This document shows, piece after piece, positions 43,420 to 58,050 of a stretch of 64,000 bases of DNA. Under the pieces are notes generated by a model. It saw only the letters and a program-made list of their open reading frames with translations, was not told the origin of the DNA and ran no database searches. Where the stretch lies: the NCBI RefSeq assembly GCF_009914755.1, contig NC_060932.1, one strand, 5' to 3'. The stretch's first letter is position 1, and the number at the start of each line of letters is the position of its first letter. The stretch is from the human T2T-CHM13v2.0 reference genome, Homo sapiens. The position numbers and the translations under genes were made by a program.

Positions 43420-43922
43420 ATGGGTTTTCTATTGCTGCTCTCTCAAATTACCAGAAATTTGGTGGCATTGAACAACACAAATTTATCATTTTATAGTTTC
43501 GCAAGTTAGAACTCAGACTTAGGTCTTACTGCATTAAAATCAAAGTTATCACCAGGGCTGAGTACCTTTCTGGATGCTCCAGGAGAGAATATATTTCCTT
43601 GTCTTTTCAAAATTCTAGAAGCCAAACAAATTCTTTGGCTTAGCCTTCTTCCTCCATATTCAAAGTCAACTATGTTACACCTCTCTGCCCCTGCTTCCCT
43701 AATCACCATCTCTTTCTCTGATCCTCTTCCCTCTCTCTCTTCCACTTCTAAGGACACTTATAATTATAATGGGCCCACTCAGATCATCCAGGGTAACCTC
43801 CCCATCTCAAGGTCCTTAACATTAATCACGTCAGCAAAGTCTCTTTTGCCATGTAAAGTAACACAGATTCCAGTGATTAGGACATGAACATGTTTAAAGG
43901 GCCATTTTTTCTGTCTACCACA
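43420..43922 (-). mobile_element. MLT1-type MaLR LTR
   Basis: CAGATCATCCAGGGTAACCTCCCCATCTCAAGGTCCTTAAC...CAGCAAAGTCTCTTTTGCCATGTAA...CTGTCTACCACA. Confidence 0.8.
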
Positions 43923-43948
43923 GTAGTAAATGGTTGAATTTTTTTTAA

Positions 43949-44305
<357 letters not shown>

Positions 44306-44429
44306 ATAAATACTCATCTTAATAAATTTCATGGTTAGTAAATAAATTTTCCAAAAAAAAACCTGATAAATTTTTTTTATATTTTTTATATCTGATCAGA
44401 TATTAAAGTAAGTCAACTAATGAAGGTCA

Positions 44430-45390
44430 CAAATTTTCTTTTTTGCAACATTTTATTTTCATATAATTTCAAATTCATGGTAACATTCCAAAAATAGTAT
44501 TCCTATATACCTTTACCCATATTAACCATTGGTTTACATTTTCTTCCATTTCCCTCTCCTCCTTTGCTCTGTGTATGTGTGTACACACACACGTGAGAGT
44601 AAACTGCAGACGCTATGCTCCTTCGCCTCTAAATACTTCAAGGTGTGTTTCCAAAGACTCTCTTCCATAATCACAGTAAAATTATCAAAATTGATTATTT
44701 AACACTGGTATAATACCAGTATCTAATCCACAGTCTATATTCAAATTTGGTCACTTATCGCAATAATGTCTGTTATAGATTTTTCCCCAAATCAGGATCC
44801 AATCCTAGATCACACATTACATCTAGTCAGTATGTTCCTTTAGTTTCCTTCAATCTCTAACTTCATTCATCGTTTCTGGTCTTGAAATTTCAAAATTTCA
44901 AAATAAGGCCAGTTATTTTGCTGAATATCCCTCAATCTGGATTTGTCTGATGTTTCCCTATGATTAGTTTCAGATTGTGAATTTGGGGCAAGAATACAAC
45001 AGTTCATCATATTAGGAGGCACATAATATCGGTTTGTTCCATTACTAGAGGTATTAACTTTGATCACTGATTAAGGTGGTGTCTGCCAAAGTATTTTTCC
45101 CTTTGTAATTTTTTTAAGTATGTTGTGAGGAGATACTTGAATATATTCAAATATCCTATTTCCTCATTGAACATTTACCCACTAGTTTTGGCATCCATTG
45201 AGACTCTCTAACACCATCATTACTTCTACTTCTATGCTTTAGCATTCCACTGTAAGGAAGAGTTTAATCTTCATTTATTTATTTATTCATTTATTTACAT
45301 ATATTAGTATAGATTCTGACTCCTGTATTATTCAATGGGCTATAATCCATTAGTATATTTCTTTTGATGTTCAATTTGTCCCAGATTTTG
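44430..45390 (-). mobile_element. L1MC-like 3' UTR, antisense
   Basis: CCCTCAATCTGGATTTGTCTGATGTTTCC and TTTGATCACTGATTAAGGTGGTGTCTGCCA. Confidence 0.75.
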
Positions 45391-45730
45391 TATTTATCAG
45401 ACCAATCAAGTAAACACCACTGAAGTCACTAAAGCAATACTTTCTCACTATAGGTTAATTCAATCTAAGATAAGAAATAGTTTAAAAACAAGAAGTTAAG
45501 AATGTAACAGACAAAGTAAAAAGACGGCAGAGTTGACTGCTAAGCCTAATACTTTTAGGCTTCTCATGTTACCTTGCTTAAAATTGCTGTATAATTTCAA
45601 AAATGCCCCACTTCAGTTTTAAAAAGTAAAATAACTATTTAATTTATTTATAGAATTAAAAGAAAAAAATAGTAAATCTGTGTTTTTGCCTAGAATTAGT
45701 CCTTAGACATTACATCAAAAAACAAATCTT

Positions 45731-46117
<387 letters not shown>

Positions 46118-46912
46118 GACAGTTCTCCAAAGAGATACACAAATGGGTAATAAGCACACATAAAAGTGCTCCATATCAGCTATCAGAGAAATGCAAAGCA
46201 AAACCACAATGAGGTACTACTTTACCCACTAGTATGGCCACAATCAAAAAGATAATAAGTGTTGGTAGGGATATGGAAAAATTAAAACCTTCATACATTG
46301 ATGGTAAGAATGAAAATGGAGCAGTCAGCTTGGAAAAGAGTCTGTCAGTTCATTAAGAGGTTAAACATAGAATTATCATATGATCCAGCAATTCTACTCC
46401 TAGGAATACACTCAAGAGAAATGAAAACATGGCCAAGTATGGTGGCTCACATCTGTAATTCCAACACTTTGGGAGGCTGAGGAGAGGACTGCTTGAGCTC
46501 AGGACTTAGAGACCAGCCTGGGCAACATAGGCAGACCCCATCTCTATAAAAAATTTAAAAATTAGCCTATAAAATTTAAAATTTAAAAATCTCTAAAAAA
46601 ATTTAAAAATGATGGCACATGCCTGTGGTCCCAGCTACTTAGGAGATGGAGGTGGGAGGATCACTTGAGCCTAGTAGGTGGAGGCTGCAGTGAGCCATGA
46701 TGGTGCCATCATCAAGACCCTATCTCAAAAAAAAAAAAAAAAAAGAAAGAAAGAAAAAAGAGAGAAACGAAAACACATATCCACACAAAAATTTGTACAC
46801 AAACGTTCATGAGTATTACTCATAATTGCTAAAAAGTGGAAACAACCCAAATGACCATTAACTAATGAATAGATAAATAAATTGTGGTATATTAAAACAA
46901 CAGATTATTCAG

Positions 46913-47377
46913 TGTGGTAGGCAGAATAACGGCTCCCAAAGATTTCCACACCCTAATCCCCAGAATCTGTGAATGTATTGTTATGTGGTAAAAAGGACTT
47001 TGCAGATGTGATTAAGGACCAGGACCTTGAAACGGAGAGATGATCCTGGATTACCCAGGTGGGCCTAACCTAATCAAATGAGTTCTAGCTGCAGAAAACC
47101 AAAGAGAAGGAAACATGAGAACTCAAACGTGCTTCCCTGGCTATGAAGACGGAAGAAGGGGACCATGAGCCAAGGAATGTGGTGACCTGTAGAAGCTGGA
47201 GAAAGCCAGGGAACAGATTTCCCCTAAAATCTCCAGAAATGAATATAGCCTTACCAACACCTTGATCTTAGATCTGTGTTGAACTTTTGACCTACAGAAC
47301 TATAAGATAATTCATTTGTGTTGTTTTAAGCCATTAGATTTGTGGTAATTTGTTTCAGCAGCAAGAGAAAACTGATA
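46913..47377 (+). mobile_element. MLT1D-like MaLR LTR
   Basis: TGTGGTAGGCAGAATAACGGCTCCCAAAGAT...GACTTTGCAGATGTGATTAAGG...GTAATTTGTTTCAGCAGCAAGAGAAAACTGATA. Confidence 0.85.
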
Positions 47378-47532
47378 TTTCAGCAATAAGAAATAAATTC
47401 CTGATAAAAAGTTTCTTTTTGGTGTCATGAAAATGTTCTAAAATTGATTGTGGAGATGGCTGCACAATTCTGTGAATATAATAAAAACCACTGAGTTGTA
47501 GTAAGTAGACTGTATGGTATTTAAATTATATC

Positions 47533-47947
47533 TGTATTAGTTTGCATTGCTATAAAGGAATACCTGAGACAGGTAATTTATAAAGAAAAGAGGTTTATTT
47601 TGGCTCACAGTTCTGCAGCCTGTATAGGAAGCATGGTGCCAGCTTCTGTTTCTGACGAGAGCCTCCAGAAGCTTATAATTAGGGCAGAAGGTAAAGGGGG
47701 AAACTGCATCTCAATCACAAGAGGGAGAGCAAAAGAGGGAGGGGGGAGATGCCGCACTCTTTTTAAACAACCAGATATCATGTGGACTCAGAGCGAAAAC
47801 TCACTCATTACCATGAAAACAGCACCAAGCCATTCATGAAGGATCCGCCCCTCATGACCCAAATATCTCCCATTAGGCCAACCTCAAACACTGGAGGTCA
47901 CACTTCAACATGAGATTCTGAAGGGACAAATATCCAAACTCTATCAA
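47533..47947 (-). mobile_element. MSTA-like MaLR LTR
   Basis: TGTATTAGTTTGCATTGCTATAAAGGAATACCTGAGAC...ATATCCAAACTCTATCA. Confidence 0.85.
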
Positions 47948-48159
47948 TACCTAAATAAAGCTGTATTTTAAAAAGGAAAGAAAGAAAGAAACCTTATTAA
48001 GAAAACAAAAGCCTATGTTTTCTCCTTACAGTGTGCCAGAATTTTTACATTGGTAAGTGCTAAACAATCTACTTGGGAAAGAAATATAGGATAAAACAAA
48101 CACATACAGACCAAAAAAAGCAGTCAAAAATTAGAAGGTTTTTTCAGCAAAAAAAGACA

Positions 48160-49025
48160 CCATTAAAAACCAGGCAAAGACCTTAAATAGACATTTTTCC
48201 AAAGATATACAAATGGCCAATAAGCACATGAAAAGATGCTCAGCATTGCTAGTCATTAAGGAAATACAAATCAGAACCACAGTGAAATACCACTTCACAA
48301 CTACTGAGATGCCAATAATAAAAAAATTTTTTAAATGGAAAATAACAAGTGTTCCTGAGGATGTAGATACTACAACCATCACACATTCCTGATGAAGATG
48401 TAAAATGGTACAGCTATGAAAAACAGTTTGACGGTTCCTCAGAAAGCTAAACACAGAATTACCATAATACCCAGCAAATCCATTTCTAGTTATAATCCAA
48501 AAGAATTAAAACAGGAACACAAACAGAAACTTGGATGCCAATGTTCACAGCAGCATTATTCGCCATAGCAAAAAGGTGGAAACTGCCCAAGCATGCATCA
48601 AATAGATGAATGGATGGATAAACATAATGTGGTAAAACCATATAATGATTATTCAACCATACAAAAAAATTAAGTTCTGATACACACTACAACATGGATG
48701 AACCTTGAAAACATTATGCTAAGGGAAATAAGCCAGACACAAAAGGACAAATATTGTATGATTCCACTTCCATGAGGTACCTAGGGCAGTCAGATTTATA
48801 GAGACAAAAAGTAGAATCGTGGTTATCAGGAGCTGAGTGGAGAGAATGGGGAGTTAATGTTTAATGGGTACAGAGTTTCTGTTTGGGGTAATGAAAAAGT
48901 TTTGGAAACAGATTGTGGTGATGGTTGCACAACAGTGTGAAAGTCATTAATGCCACTTAATTGTACACTTAAAAATGGTAATGTGGCAAATTTTATGTTA
49001 CATACGCTTAACCACAATAAAAAAG
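48160..49025 (+). mobile_element. L1MB 3' end
   Basis: GGCCAATAAGCACATGAAAAGATGCTC...GGGTACAGAGTTTCTGTTTGGG...ACCACAATAAAAA. Confidence 0.88.
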
Positions 49026-49207
49026 AAGAAGGAAAAAATTAATAGACTTTAATCCCTATAACATAAAAGGATCAGGGAATTGCAGAGTAGTAGGTAGTGT
49101 GAATTCTCCATTTTATATGCCTTCTTTATACTTTATATACCTTTCATATATACTAACGCCTTTGATCTTAGACCTAAGACCAAAACAATCCTTTTTCTTA
49201 ACAGTAA

Positions 49208-49538
<331 letters not shown>

Positions 49539-49764
49539 AGTATTCACTTTTTACAGATAAAAGTGAGAAAAAATGTTTGGAATAGTGATACAAATCATTA
49601 TGTATTTTTTCCTCTTTAAATGACCTTAAAGAAGTTTTCACTTATTTATGTGGTAACTTTAAAAAGAACACTGATTAGAATCTCCACCCCTTCCCTCAAA
49701 GAGGTACTTACTTATCATTACCAAAAGTTTATTTTATAGACTCAAGTACATGTTATTCCATTGA

Positions 49765-50108
<344 letters not shown>

Positions 50109-50236
50109 TAGAAGATGTTTTCAGAGATACTGAAAATTCCTACAGGCAGAAAATACTGTTAACTCTTTAAATGGCATTTTCTTAAACATACATGCTTCTC
50201 TATATTATCTATATCATGAGTCTTTTTTTGCCTTAC

Positions 50237-50371
50237 CTCAAATAATTTTATATCTGGATTCAGTTTTGTAATCTCTTCATTCAGACCTGGATTACTTCTT
50301 CCTGGAGGTATAAATTTTGGTTTTTTGAAGGAATTCCCCTGCAACTGACTTGGTGCTGCAGATCGTCTCAT
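50237..50371 (-). CDS. RAD54B: RAD54B exon 2 coding part (45 codons; exon starts at 50387 with 16 nt of UTR)
   Basis: MRRSAAPSQLQGNSFKKPKFIPPGRSNPGLNEEITKLNPDIKLFE is the recognised RAD54B N-terminus. Acceptor TATTTTTCAG|GTC at 50387; donor GAG|GTAAGG at 50237/50236. Confidence 0.95.
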
Positions 50372-50471
50372 ATTCAGCAGTCGTGACCTGAAAAATACCC
50401 AAAACAGTTAACTATCCACGAATCTAATTACAATCACCCCCAAATATAAAAATAGCTCAAAACTACAACTA

Positions 50472-51229
50472 AGATGGAACAGGAACCCCTCTTATGGGCC
50501 TGCCTGGCCCCCCAAGCATAGAAACAAAAGGAAAATCTTCAGTTCCTTCAAAGGAAATTCCAGGCACTTAGCTAGCCCTGAGAAGTACATGAGCAATATG
50601 ATTAGCAAGAAGGTAATAGCTTAAAATAATGGTGAGGGAAGTTAGATTGACAAAATGTTTGGTTCCCTCTAGAAACTAAAGGTAACATCTTAACATATGT
50701 CCTTGAGTTGTTTTTCAGAAATCCAGACCACCACCAAATGGAAAATACTGTCTACTGGCACACAGACCTCAGATTAGGGGAAACAGGACTGACCTCTAAC
50801 TGCTATTATTCTTTGTTCTGAATTTCTTCTTCAGAGGCCTGGAGGAAGTCATACCCACAGGCCAGAGCTCAACATTCCTTTCTGCTGACCCCAAGTTTTT
50901 AGAAAGAGCTTCACTTCCTTAACCAATCCCAAATCAGAGAATCTTTTAATACATCTATGACTCGCAAGCCCCCACTTCAAGATGTCTCACCTTTTTAGGC
51001 CAAATCAATGATGCATTGATTTATGACTTTGCCTGTAACCTCTGCCTCCCCATCTTTAAAAATAGTTACATGAAAGCCATCACAGAGTTTGGGTCTTAAC
51101 CATTAGCTACCCATTTTTCCTCGCTTGGCACCCTGCAATAAACGCCTCACTTTCTCTTGCTGCAAATCCCAATGTCTGTGGAGAGCTTTGCTGTGCCAGG
51201 CAGGCCGTCTCAAGTTTGGTTTGGTAATA
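50472..51229 (+). mobile_element. MER39-type ERV1 solo LTR
   Basis: GAACAGGAACCCCTCTTA...GGAAATTCCAGGCACTTAGCTAGCCCTGAGAAG; AATAAA ~51137; ends TTTGGTAATA. Confidence 0.8.
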
Positions 51230-51259
51230 CAACCATGACATATGTAAAAAGGTAAAAGG

Positions 51260-51960
51260 GGCCGGCGTGGTGGTTCATGCCTGTAATCCCTGTACTTTGA
51301 AAGGATGAGGCCGGAGGATCCCTTGAACCTAGGAGCTTCGTCTCTATTAAAAATTAAAATTAAGAAAAAAAAAAGGCCGAGCACGGTGGCTCATGCCTGT
51401 AATCCCAGCACTTCAGGAGGCCGAGGCGGGCGGATCACGAGGTCAGGAGATCGAGACCATCCTGGCTAACCCAGTGAAACCACATCTCTACTAAAAAAAA
51501 ATACCAAAAATTAGCCAGGCGTGGTGGCGGGCGCCTGTGGTCCCAGCTACTCTGGAAGCTGAGGCAGGAGAATGGCGTGAACCCGGGAGGCGGAGCTTGC
51601 AGTGAGCTCAGATCACGCCACTGCACTCCAGCTTGGGCGACAGCGAGACTCTGTCTCAAAAAACAAAAGATAAGAGGAGCTTGGTGGTGCATGCCTGTAG
51701 TCTCAGCTACTCAGGAGGCTGAGGTGAGGGGGATCCCTTGAGGTCAGGAGTTCAAAACCAGTCTGGGCAACATAGCAGCAAGACTTCAACTGAAAAAACA
51801 AAAACAAAACATATGAGAATAAGCCTGAGAAAACAGGTTCAGGCTGGGCAAAGTGGCCCACATCTGTAATCCCAGCACTTTGGGAGGCCAAAGTGGGAGG
51901 ATCACTTGAGCCCAAGAGAGCCCATCTCTTGTTTTTTTTTTTTTTAATAAAAAAAAAGAA
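51260..51960 (+). mobile_element. Alu cluster: monomer fragments plus AluY (51375-51670)
   Basis: AluY diagnostics GAGATCGAGACCATCCTGGCTAAC and GGCGTGAACCCGGG; partial monomers on either side. Confidence 0.88.
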
Positions 51961-52042
51961 AAAGAAAATAAGTTCAATAGCTAGTAAGATTTTATTTTTC
52001 ATCAAGGGCTATTGAAAAGAATTTAAGATTTAAACTGAACGG

Positions 52043-52352
52043 TGATACAGTTTGGCTGTGACCCCACCCAATCTCACCTTGAATTGTAATAATCCCCATG
52101 TCAAGGGCAGGGCCTATTCTCGTGGTAGTGACTAAGTCTCACGAGATCCGATGGTTTTATACATGGGAGTTCCCCTGCACAAACTCTCTTGCCTGCTCCC
52201 ATGTAAGACGTGGCTTGCTTCTCCTTTGCCTTCCGGCATAAATGTGAGGCCTCCCCAGCCATGTGGAACTGTGAGTCCAATAAACCTCTTTCCTAATAAA
52301 TTACCCAGTCTTGAGTATCTCTTTATTAGCAGTGTGAGAACAGACTAATACA
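52043..52352 (+). mobile_element. THE1-type MaLR solo LTR with small internal deletion
   Basis: TGATACAGTTTGGCTGTG...GAGAACAGACTAATACA; 5-bp TSD AACGG/AATGG. Confidence 0.88.
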
Positions 52353-53004
52353 AATGGTGTAAATTTAAGTATATGTCAATTTTGATAATACTATAAGCAT
52401 GATATCTTCTTTAAAGCAATTTAAATAAAAATTTCAAAATGCAAGGAAATACAATTCACATACAAATATCAAACATGTTGCCTTTTTCCTATTCCACTAA
52501 TCCATAAACCACATGAGGGCAGCAATCTCATGCTTGTTTTCTCCACCACTAATGACTATAATGTGTCTGGCAACAGTGACAGATACATTACCATCACTAA
52601 CAAATATTTTGAATGAATGAAATCTGGCAATTTAAAAGGTATTTTTATAATTCTACTTGTTTTTACTATCCTACTTCATTTGAAAACAGTGGAATTTTTT
52701 AAAATATAAATCAAGAGACTAGAACCAGGTTTCCCAACTTTCACTCAATCTTATTTCCACTAGGACTGGATAGGGGAACAGATGGAAAACAAGGACATTA
52801 CATACATACATCATGTTTCTGCAATGGATAGTAGCAAGCATTCCAATTCAAAGCAACACCACAAAACACTATTTAACATAAGCCATCAGCAAGGATGAAC
52901 ATGACTACCAACGTTATCTGTTTCACCCAGAAATTCCAATTCTGGCAATTTAACCTAAGGAACTATCAGAGATAATACTAAGTAACTACGTATAAGAATA
53001 ATCA

Positions 53005-53662
<658 letters not shown>

Positions 53663-55489
53663 CTATAATGAAGTACAAGATAAATTATGGTACACCCACA
53701 CAACAGAACACTCTCTTCATATACCACCAAAATCGAGTCAGTACTATTCCCCAAGCTAGCCATGTTCTCTTTTTCTCTAGGCTTTGAACAAACTTTCCCT
53801 TATATAATGTTGGGAATGCTTTTTCCCACTTTTCTTTGCCTAATTAATTCTACCTTATCATCTAGGAGTCTTAACCATGAGCCCTCTTCATCTCCTCCCA
53901 AAGACTGGACTGGAGACCTTCCTGTATATGCACTACCCAAGCACTTTTCACACTGCAATGAAATTTGCCCTATCATTCCCTCTGAGCTATTAACTCAGGC
54001 ATGAAATCTTACGTACAATTCATCAGTATATCGCCAGTACCAAATACACAGAAGGAGTTCAGTATTTGTTATGTGAATGATACCATTAATGGGTGGCGGG
54101 GGGGGCAGTACTTTAAAAAAATGTTTAATGACAAGAGAAATATGTTTTAATAAATCCAAGGAAAAATGGCCACAAAACATGTCCAGCCTCATTCTAATTT
54201 TTACAAAAGAAAAGAAAAATAAAAACAATAATGGGTGTATGTACATTTAAAAGACTAGAAAGCAAAGGAGCATGAGAGAACTTGTTAGAGGTGATAGAAA
54301 TAATCTATATAAGATTGTAGTAGGGTTACAGGAGTATATATACATCTGTATATGAAAACATCAAAATGTACACATCTAACTGCACACTGTAAATTATACT
54401 GCTATAAAGTAGATATAATATACATGTTATATATTAAAATACACAATCGTTTTTTAAAAACTAGAAAAATACATGCCACAACATTAACCCTAATTATTTC
54501 TAGGTCTGGTTAGAATACCAGTAATTTTTATTCTATTCTGAGTTATTTTCTGTATATTTCAAATTTTTTACAATGAAAATGTTACCTTTGTAATAGGGAA
54601 AAGTATCATTAATTAGATTTTTTTAAATTACCATATTTCATCAAATCTAAAATGCCATCAATTGTAAGATATACTCTTGATTGTTAGTCCATATAAAAGA
54701 AATTTTTAAAAGTAAATAAAAATTTTAAAAATAAAAATTTTTTAAATTGTAAGATGTACCATTATTTTATGTATCCAAGAAAAAAAGTGTAGCCAATTAA
54801 ACCATGATACACTATCATTGATGGTTAGACATTTCCCAATTTCATCAATGTTAAAATAATGAAACATGTAAATATTTTATATATAACCAGCCTTTATACA
54901 GTTTGAGGAATGAGTAGGAGAGATCACTCTCTTCTGTTTCTTATTCAAGGACAAAATAGATCTCTATTAGTATAATCTTTAATCTTAAAGCAAATTATGA
55001 AACAGATGGTTTTTGACTGCTTTAGAAGCAGTATTTACCAATACCAGAAGTCAGTACAAATTCTGACCAAACAAGTCATGCCAAAATAACTTCATTAAAC
55101 TAATTTCCTTTTTATAATGGGTAAGCAGAATACTACAGGCCTCTAAATATATAACTGACACAAGTTTGAAATTGATTAACAGTAACTGTCACAGGACGAC
55201 ATGGATGTTAGGCCTTGCACTTAGACTCAGTTACTTAATGGTCAAATGAAATAGAACAATAGAAGCTGAAATTTAAAACTAAAGATTTTAGTGACTATAG
55301 CTCAACTGAAATAAGATAATGAGCCTTCTTAAACTAATAAATTCTAGATAGCATTAATAAAAATATGATGTCCACATCATGAAATGTAATCAGTTCTGTT
55401 CTCTACATTAGTCAGACTCCCCTCTAATACTGTGAAAATTCTGACACTTTTTAAAAAGGAACACTTAAAAAATACAGTAGTTAGAAACA

Positions 55490-55850
55490 TCAACAGTAGA
55501 AATGAAGGAAACCAGAGTGTAGTTCAGATTCTGCTATTTCAGGGATGCTTAACTTTGGGGAAGCTATTTAACTCTCTAGACACCAATTTTCTCATTTATA
55601 AAATAAAGAATGAACTAGATGCTAAAATTTCTTTCAACACTAAATGCGAAGAATTACTACCCTAAATCCTTCTACATCTAATACATGATTTCTGATTTTT
55701 CAATCCTCCTATTTTGTAAACTAATAAAAATGATAATGCAAGCATACAACCATCAGCACAGAGCAGTGGTTAAGAAAACAGACTGACTCTGGAGCCAGCC
55801 AGGCTGCCTGGCTAGAATCCCAACTCTGCTACTTACATATGACCTTGGGC
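55490..55850 (+). mobile_element. MIR fragments
   Basis: CTTTGGGAAGCTATTTAACTCTCT...TTTCTCATTTATAAAAT and CTCTGGAGCCAG...ATCCCAACTCTGCTACTTAC...TGACCTTGGGCA. Confidence 0.7.
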
Positions 55851-56267
55851 ATCCATCAAGCCATTTAATTTGTTGATACATTTCAAAGTAAAATGCAGAA
55901 ATCAGTACATTTCCCCCCAAAAGACCATTGCACCCTTATAGCTTTTTAAACTGGTTCTGTATGTTCATATTGTCCTGTCCATAATAAATTAATTAATTAA
56001 TTAGTGCTGTCTGAGCCCTTTCCCCAGGTCCTAGAAATAAAGCCATTTGGTAGCCCTGATGTGATGCTACAACTTCTATAACACCTATTAGTTTCAGTCC
56101 TTCCAAGTAAAATGGTAAGGCCAAGCTGACAACTGCAATACACCAGATAGCCACAAGTACTTGGCACTACACTGTGGTAAATAAGAACACAACTTTGAAA
56201 GCAAATGCCTGAATATAAATGTGGACTGACACTTTCTAATGGTCTTGCACAGTTTACTTTGGCTCCA

Positions 56268-56410
56268 TGTGTCTCAGTTTCCTCATCTTTAAGAGGGGGT
56301 ACCATAATCATGCTTACACACCGGACTGTTGGGAGGATTAAATGAAATATGTAAAGCACTTAGAACAAAACTTGACACATAGTAAGCACTCAATGTTATC
56401 TGTTATAATT
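56268..56410 (+). mobile_element. MIR 3' part
   Basis: TGTGTCTCAGTTTCCTCATCT...GGATTAAATGAAAT...CACATAGTAAGCACTCAAT. Confidence 0.8.
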
Positions 56411-56692
56411 AGTATTATCGGAGAGTAGAAATGATGAAGGTCCTGTGAAGGAGATAGAGAAGGGGTAGTTCAACATACAGGACAATGACCAGAATCTTTG
56501 GGTTCGTCTGGGCTTTAAAGAGAGGTATGTGCAACCATCAAACGTCGAGGATGCAAGAATGTAAGTACACCAACTCTACCAAGAACCAGCAACGGTCTCT
56601 CCCTGCTGTTGCTGCTTGTCGACTTCCAACTACATTAGGTAGTAATTATTTCACTTCATGCCTTAAATTGCTCCTTTGAGACTCCGGCTATA

Positions 56693-57327
56693 TAGATGGT
56701 TCCTAATTTAGGACGGTGTCACTTAGAATTCTTCGACTTTTAAGAAAGCCATGAGCATTCAGTAGAAACTGTACAAGTAACCACACAACCGTCTGTGTTC
56801 ATGATTTTGCCCAACTGTAGATTAAGGTAAGTGTTCTGAGCATGTTTAAGGTAGGCTAGCGCAGCCATAAAAAGGAATGAAATCATGTCCTTTGCAGCAA
56901 CATGGGTGCAGCTGGAGGCTATTATCCAAAGCGAATTAAAGCAGAAACAGAAAATCAAATATTGCATGTTCTCACTTATAAATGGGAGCTAAACATTGGG
57001 CATTCATGAACATAAAGATGGCAACAATAGACAGTGGAGACAACTAGAAGGGAGAGGAAAGGAGGAGCAAGGGTTCAAAAACTATTGGGTAACATGCTCA
57101 CTACCTGGGTGACAGGATCAATCGTATCCAAACCTCAGCACCACGTAATATACCGATGCAACAAACCTGCACATGTACCCCCAAATCTAAAATAAACAGC
57201 TGAAAATAATTTTTTTGATAACAAAAGTAGGCTAGGCCAAGCTTTAATACTCAGTAGGTTAGCTGTGTTTTAAATCCATTTTCCATTTGGGATATTTTCA
57301 ACCCCGTAGTAAGTCGAGAAGCATCTG
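56693..57327 (-). mobile_element. Tigger4 (Zombi/MER46)-type DNA transposon split by L1
   Basis: Ends AGATGGTTCC... and ...GTAAGTCGAGAAGCATCTG; internal ATGATTTTGCCCAACTGTAG and GTAAGTGTTCTGAGCATGTTTAAGGTAGGCTAG. Confidence 0.75.
56860..57226 (+). mobile_element. 5'-truncated L1PA/PB 3' end
   Basis: GCAGCCATAAAAAGGAATGAAATCATGTCCTTTGCAGCAAC...AAACCTGCACATGTACCCC; TSD GTAGGCTAG. Confidence 0.88.
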
Positions 57328-57419
57328 TTCCTACCTAGAAAATCTTCCATAAGGTAATCGATTAAAAGGTTTTAAGGAAATACAAGAAAAACCTGACCAG
57401 TGAAGAGGTAAAAGCCCCT

Positions 57420-58050
57420 AAAGAAGGCGTACCGACACTCTCCAGGACGCTCGCAGAGCCTTCACCCCCTGGCCCTGGGGAAGGAAATTCCCAGTGCAGG
57501 AGTGAGGGAGAGACCCAAAAGCCAAGAGGAGCCTGCGCAAAGCGACCGCAGTGGCGGCCCCAGGGGCCACTGCCCAGAACCATCCCTCCCACACAAACGC
57601 ACAACCCTAAACCCCCACCGCCCGCCCTTCGCTCCAAGGCCCCCGGGGCCAGCAGCCAGGGCGTCCCTGGCACTTCAGACCAAAGCTGCAGGCCCGCAGA
57701 AGGCCACTTCGGTCGCTCCTGCCGCCTTCCCTCCCTCCTCCCTCGTTGGCCTGCTCCGGCGCCACTCCCTGCTTTGTCCCGCACGAGCCTACAGGCTGTC
57801 GCAGCCTCCCGAGCTTCCCCCTGCAGGACGCACCGGCGAAAATCTGACAGAAACCACTGGCCCTGCAAAGAAGTCCTTCTGGTAACCAGCTATCCCCTCG
57901 CCGCCGGAGAAGCTCAAGGATCCCGCCTCGGCGAAGCCAATCGCGGACGAGCCCGCCGCGCGTGCGCACTACCTAGCCGCTGCACTGCCCTGTCCTGCCC
58001 TACTCTGATTGGACGACCCTACTGCATCACTGCGCATGTATCTTTGCGTT
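57420..58050 (-). promoter_or_regulatory. RAD54B: RAD54B CpG-island promoter
   Basis: The only non-Alu CpG-rich tract in the window. CCAAT boxes at 57937-57941 and 58008-58012, NRF1-like GCGCGTGCGCA at 57958-57968, E2F-like GGCGGGA at 57921-57927 (minus strand). Confidence 0.88.
57834..57950 (-). other. RAD54B: RAD54B non-coding exon 1 (5' end approximate)
   Basis: Donor-like CCG|GTGCGT at 57834/57833 inside the CpG island; exon 2 has only 16 nt of UTR and a splice acceptor, so an upstream exon is required. Confidence 0.7.

Larger units (their letters stand above)
46118..47965 (+). mobile_element. L1M 3' region with nested AluJ (46431-46760), MLT1D and MST
   Basis: TTAAACATAGAATTATCATATGATCCAGCAATTCTACTCCTAGG; L1 text resumes between the insertions and ends AATAAAGCTG. 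Confidence 0.8.

Noticed and set aside
46545-46610. Repeated AAAATTTAAAA motifs
   Set aside because: Local slippage expansion of an AluJ central linker.
50159-50236. C-terminal part of the 70-aa ORF (VRQKK...)
   Set aside because: Read-through past the exon 2 donor into the intron.
54628-54860. Possible Tc2/MER104-like DNA transposon end (TACCATATTTCATCAAATCTAAAATGC)
   Set aside because: Only one end is recognisable and the match is too weak to call.
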